Shown here piece by piece: positions 63,924 through 64,000 of a DNA stretch of 64,000 nt. The DNA is from an uncultured Peptococcaceae bacterium. GTDB taxonomy: Bacteria > Bacillota > Dehalobacteriia > UBA4068 > UBA4997. The DNA lies in assembly GCA_947625705.1 (NCBI GenBank), contig CANQPG010000001.1:56963-120962 (forward strand), given 5' to 3'. Position numbers and translations under genes: made by a program. The stretch's first letter is position 1. Every line of letters starts with the position of its first letter. The notes below the pieces were generated by a model that saw only the letters and a list, made by a program, of their open reading frames with translations, was not told the origin of the DNA and ran no database searches.

Positions 63924-64000
63924 GTAATAAGAAAGGCGGCTTGCCATGGCGGTGGCAGGTCGTCCCTAATGCTCAATTTATAGTTGAGGGAACGCCGTTC

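Overview
This ~64 kb window is a high-GC (~60%) chromosomal core region from a spore-forming member of Clostridia; organisation and RNase P type suggest an Oscillospiraceae/Ruminococcaceae-like organism. Almost every gene is on the minus strand, which suggests the segment sits on one replichore. There are no transposases or integrases, no CRISPR array and no tRNAs.

Contents in coordinate order:
- 1-206: a truncated cobalamin riboswitch with a consensus promoter, reading off the window start.
- 225-7640: a complete type II fatty-acid synthesis cluster in the order acpP-fabH-fabK-fabK'-fabD-fabG-fabF-fabZ, followed by a MarR/FabT-like regulator.
- 7744-10691: cysE, then groES-groEL preceded by a perfect CIRCE operator.
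- 10880-15325: small metabolic and housekeeping genes.
- 15366-23245: a purine operon, purE-purB-purF-purM-purN-purH-purD.
- 23277-25445: one in-frame ORF fusing the tRNA m7G methyltransferase TrmB to threonine synthase ThrC.
- 25855-26221: a type A RNase P RNA.
- 26368-28553: a LUD-domain protein, nif3 and trmK.
- 28872-31577: a 5S-type carboxyltransferase, coaD and a family 4 uracil-DNA glycosylase.
- 31608-38574: argG and the argC-J-B-D-F operon.
- 38694-43704: a sporulation block with a degenerate radical-SAM-like protein, cwlD, spoIIGA-sigE-sigG and a divergent alpha/beta-type SASP-like gene.
- 45287-49952: a two-gene acyl-CoA-dehydratase-activase-like module of unknown function.
- 51143-53366: two tandem paralogous lipoproteins and a secreted protein with copper-amine-oxidase N-domain repeats.
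- 53518-60933: the full F1Fo ATP synthase operon, atpZ-I-B-E-F-H-A-G-D-C.
- 60950-63851: wecB/mnaA, a dCMP deaminase and glyA.

A ~65-80 bp palindromic repeat family (nine clear copies plus a partial one, in four clusters) occupies several intergenic gaps. Many long ORFs in the six-frame track are antisense artefacts of the high GC content.
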